From contig CAZNQC010000002.1 in assembly GCA_964574825.1 (NCBI GenBank), positions 3,557 through 52,170 on the forward strand: a stretch of 48,614 bases of DNA, read 5' to 3'. A program made the position numbers and the translations under genes. The stretch is from an uncultured Sphaerobacteraceae bacterium. Its GTDB lineage: Bacteria; Chloroflexota; Chloroflexia; Thermomicrobiales; UBA6265. Below, one piece after another: positions 46,942 to 48,614 of this stretch; the first letter of the stretch is position 1; every line of letters starts with the position of its first letter. Under the pieces are notes generated by a model, which saw only the letters and a list, made by a program, of their open reading frames with translations, was not told where the DNA came from and did not search any database.

Positions 46942-48309
46942 ATGAGGTTCAAGCGCACATCCTGGCGAAACCTGGCCGGAATGCTGGCCGTTTTCGCCAT
47001 GCTGCTGTCGGTGGCGGCCGTTCCTGCAGGATCGGTGGCGGCGCAGGCAGATGGAAACACCTACACATTTGCGAACGGTCAGGTGCTGGCCTGGGACGGC
47101 AATTGGACGCTGGAGCCCGATTCCACGGCACAGGAAGACGGCCTGGAGATGGTCCTCCTCTCGCAGCAGGTGAGCTTCCTGGCCGTGCTCAGTGTTCCGG
47201 CGGGGATCGACATGGACGACACCCGGGATGCCTTCCTGGAAGGGTTCCTCGGTTCCGGTGACGACTCGATCACCATTGACCGCGGGTCGTACGGCGCCGT
47301 TTCCTATTCGCTCGATACGATCAACTACGACGGCATCGATATGGGCGCGTTCACGCTCTTCCGGTCGGGCCAGAATGGTGGCGACACGTTTGCCTGGGTC
47401 TTCGTTTCACTGGTCGATTCGTTCGCGTCCCAGTTTGCCTCGGCCCAGAACGCATTCACGCTGGACGGCAATCCCCCGTTCACTGGCATTGATGGCCAGG
47501 GGTTGCAGGATCAGCTCCAGTCGGCGGTCGCAGCCGGCAACGTTCCGGAAGGTGATGGTCAGACAACCCCGGAAGGCGACGACACCGACGACGTGCCGAC
47601 GCCTGAAGGTGACGACGTCTCGACACCGGATGACACCGGCACCAGTGGCGGCGGTGGGCTGAAGGGCAGCGATACGACTGGCGATGACGGCGTTGAGGCC
47701 ACGGCCGAAGTCGACGAGCCAACCGCCGAGGCCGATGTGCCGACGGAGGAAGTCGACGAGCCGCCTTCCGGGGACGTTGGGCTGATCGACGACTCGACTT
47801 ACGTGAGCCCTGCCTATGGTGTGACGGTCGAGTGGGACGCCAATTTCATCCTGGACTCGAGCCGGGACCCCAATCCCTCTGCCGATACCAATGGCATTGA
47901 AGTGATCGGATTGGCGTCTCCTATCGACGGAACCCCATATTTCCTCACCGTGACGATGGCGCCAACCACCGTGTCGGCCGCTGACTATGCAACCGTTTGG
48001 TCCTCGGATGATTTCCTGGCGGAGAACGCAATCAGCCCTGACGCTGAAATCCTTTTGGTGGAAGGCAACGAGGAAATCGCCGCGGTGGTGATGGTCGACT
48101 ACCTCGACTCCGGACTGGCGCTCGTCTACTACTACGAGTTCCACGTCGACGCCGATTCAGGCACGCTGGTGATGTATCGGTACAACACCGCCGTGCAGAT
48201 CGCCGACACCGCGCTGCCACTGGCTCAGCAGGGTGTGAGCGTGGATGGGGAACCCGCCTTGAGCTTCTTCAGCACGGACGAAGTGATGGACGCGCTGGCC
48301 GGCATCTAG
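46942..48309 (+). CDS. Secreted protein of unknown function with a central acidic Pro/Glu/Asp/Thr repeat linker
   Basis: Sec signal peptide MRFKRTSWRNLAGMLAVFAMLLSVAAVPAGSVAAQA|DG. GGGAGGGG lies upstream of ATG 46942. The flanking domains match no family I recognise. Confidence 0.65.
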   Translation: MRFKRTSWRNLAGMLAVFAMLLSVAAVPAGSVAAQADGNTYTFANGQVLAWDGNWTLEPDSTAQEDGLEMVLLSQQVSFLAVLSVPAGIDMDDTRDAFLEGFLGSGDDSITIDRGSYGAVSYSLDTINYDGIDMGAFTLFRSGQNGGDTFAWVFVSLVDSFASQFASAQNAFTLDGNPPFTGIDGQGLQDQLQSAVAAGNVPEGDGQTTPEGDDTDDVPTPEGDDVSTPDDTGTSGGGGLKGSDTTGDDGVEATAEVDEPTAEADVPTEEVDEPPSGDVGLIDDSTYVSPAYGVTVEWDANFILDSSRDPNPSADTNGIEVIGLASPIDGTPYFLTVTMAPTTVSAADYATVWSSDDFLAENAISPDAEILLVEGNEEIAAVVMVDYLDSGLALVYYYEFHVDADSGTLVMYRYNTAVQIADTALPLAQQGVSVDGEPALSFFSTDEVMDALAGI

Positions 48310-48336
48310 ACCGGTTCACTCCAGAAGCGACAGTAA

Positions 48337-48362
48337 AGGTCACGGTCAACTGACCGTGACCT
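48337..48362 (+). terminator. Terminator-like hairpin after the secreted-protein gene
   Basis: A near-perfect palindrome aggtcacggtca-ac-tgaccgtgacct (stem of about 10-12 bp), 28 nt after the stop. There is no clear T-tract. Confidence 0.5.
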
Positions 48363-48404
48363 CTGCTGTATCCTGGCACTCACCACCAACCAATTGCCAA
48401 TTTC

Positions 48405-48432
48405 TTAGCACTCACCCCTTGATGAGTGCTAA
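48405..48432 (+). promoter_or_regulatory. CIRCE (HrcA operator) inverted repeat upstream of groES
   Basis: The element is TTAGCACTC-acccc ttgat-GAGTGCTAA. Both 9-nt arms match the CIRCE consensus perfectly. The spacer is 10 nt rather than the canonical 9 (equivalently, 10-bp arms with an 8-nt spacer). It lies 124 nt upstream of the groES ATG. Confidence 0.85.
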
Positions 48433-48555
48433 TCACTGTGATAAATTGACTTGGCACGCGACGCATCCATGTCTTGCTTGATGCGTCGTCAGTATGTTGA
48501 GTCGTTTTATGCAGGGCACCATCCCTGTTCGAATGTTTCAGGAGGATCGGGAATC

Positions 48556-48614
48556 ATGTCTGATGTTTCCAATCTCAAGCCGCTCGGTGATCGCCTTGTG
48601 GTCCAGCCGGCCGG
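48556..48614 (+). CDS. groES: Co-chaperonin GroES; N-terminal fragment, continues past the window end
   Basis: MSDVSNLKPLGDRLVVQPA matches the conserved GroES N-terminus (KPLGDRVLV). GGAGGA lies 9 nt upstream and CIRCE lies upstream of that. Confidence 0.8.
   Translation, partial: MSDVSNLKPLGDRLVVQPA

Noticed and set aside
48393-48450. An exact groES promoter assignment. Candidate hexamers are TTGATG (48419-48424) with ATAAAT (48441-48446), TTGCCA at 48394 and TTGACT at 48446.
   Set aside because: Several weak hexamer combinations are possible and none is clearly superior. I did not annotate a promoter, because that needs 5'-end data.

Overview
This is a GC-rich, densely packed bacterial chromosomal segment with about 50 CDS and 1 tRNA, almost all of it core metabolism and housekeeping. 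The gene content (VKOR-DsbA pair, DUF3090, DUF3817, tandem cold-shock protein, BMP-type ABC transporter) suggests a Chloroflexota/Thermomicrobia-like or actinobacterial lineage, but I cannot verify this without a search.

Gene order, left to right:
- A partial zinc-ribbon gene and a three-gene ABC-2 exporter of unknown substrate.
- A pepF / class-I aminotransferase / eda / small NHLP-like protein operon.
- An orphan polytopic membrane protein.
- hyi-upp, divergent from a BMP-family (nucleoside-type) ABC importer operon that ends in a class-V aminotransferase.
- VKOR-DsbA, DUF3817, a tandem cold-shock-domain protein and tRNA-Lys(CTT).
- gatCA.
- A translationally coupled namZ-murQ-murK-nagA MurNAc/GlcNAc recycling operon.
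- A PD40/TolB-like lipoprotein with a C-terminal tetrapeptide repeat.
- dnaX, rsmI and a rodA/ftsW-family gene.
- NfeD-flotillin and DUF3090.
- A long ilvBNC-leuA-(methyltransferase)-leuCDB operon.
- A 2H-phosphoesterase-like gene, greA, a RidA-family gene and an AspAT-like aminotransferase.
- A secreted acidic-repeat protein.
- A CIRCE operator followed by the start of groES.

The best-supported non-obvious signal is a leader-peptide transcription attenuator upstream of ilvB: a promoter, a 33-codon ORF rich in Leu/Val/Ile, competing GGGAG/CUCCC pairings and an intrinsic terminator. The next is a SAM-methyltransferase gene wedged between leuA and leuC.

I saw no CRISPR array, transposase, integrase, phage gene or recognisable defence gene, and no convincing wholly novel multi-gene system. 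The candidates below are modest and are graded accordingly.

Many long ORFs in the six-frame track are antisense or 5'-extended artefacts of the high GC content. I trimmed or rejected them.
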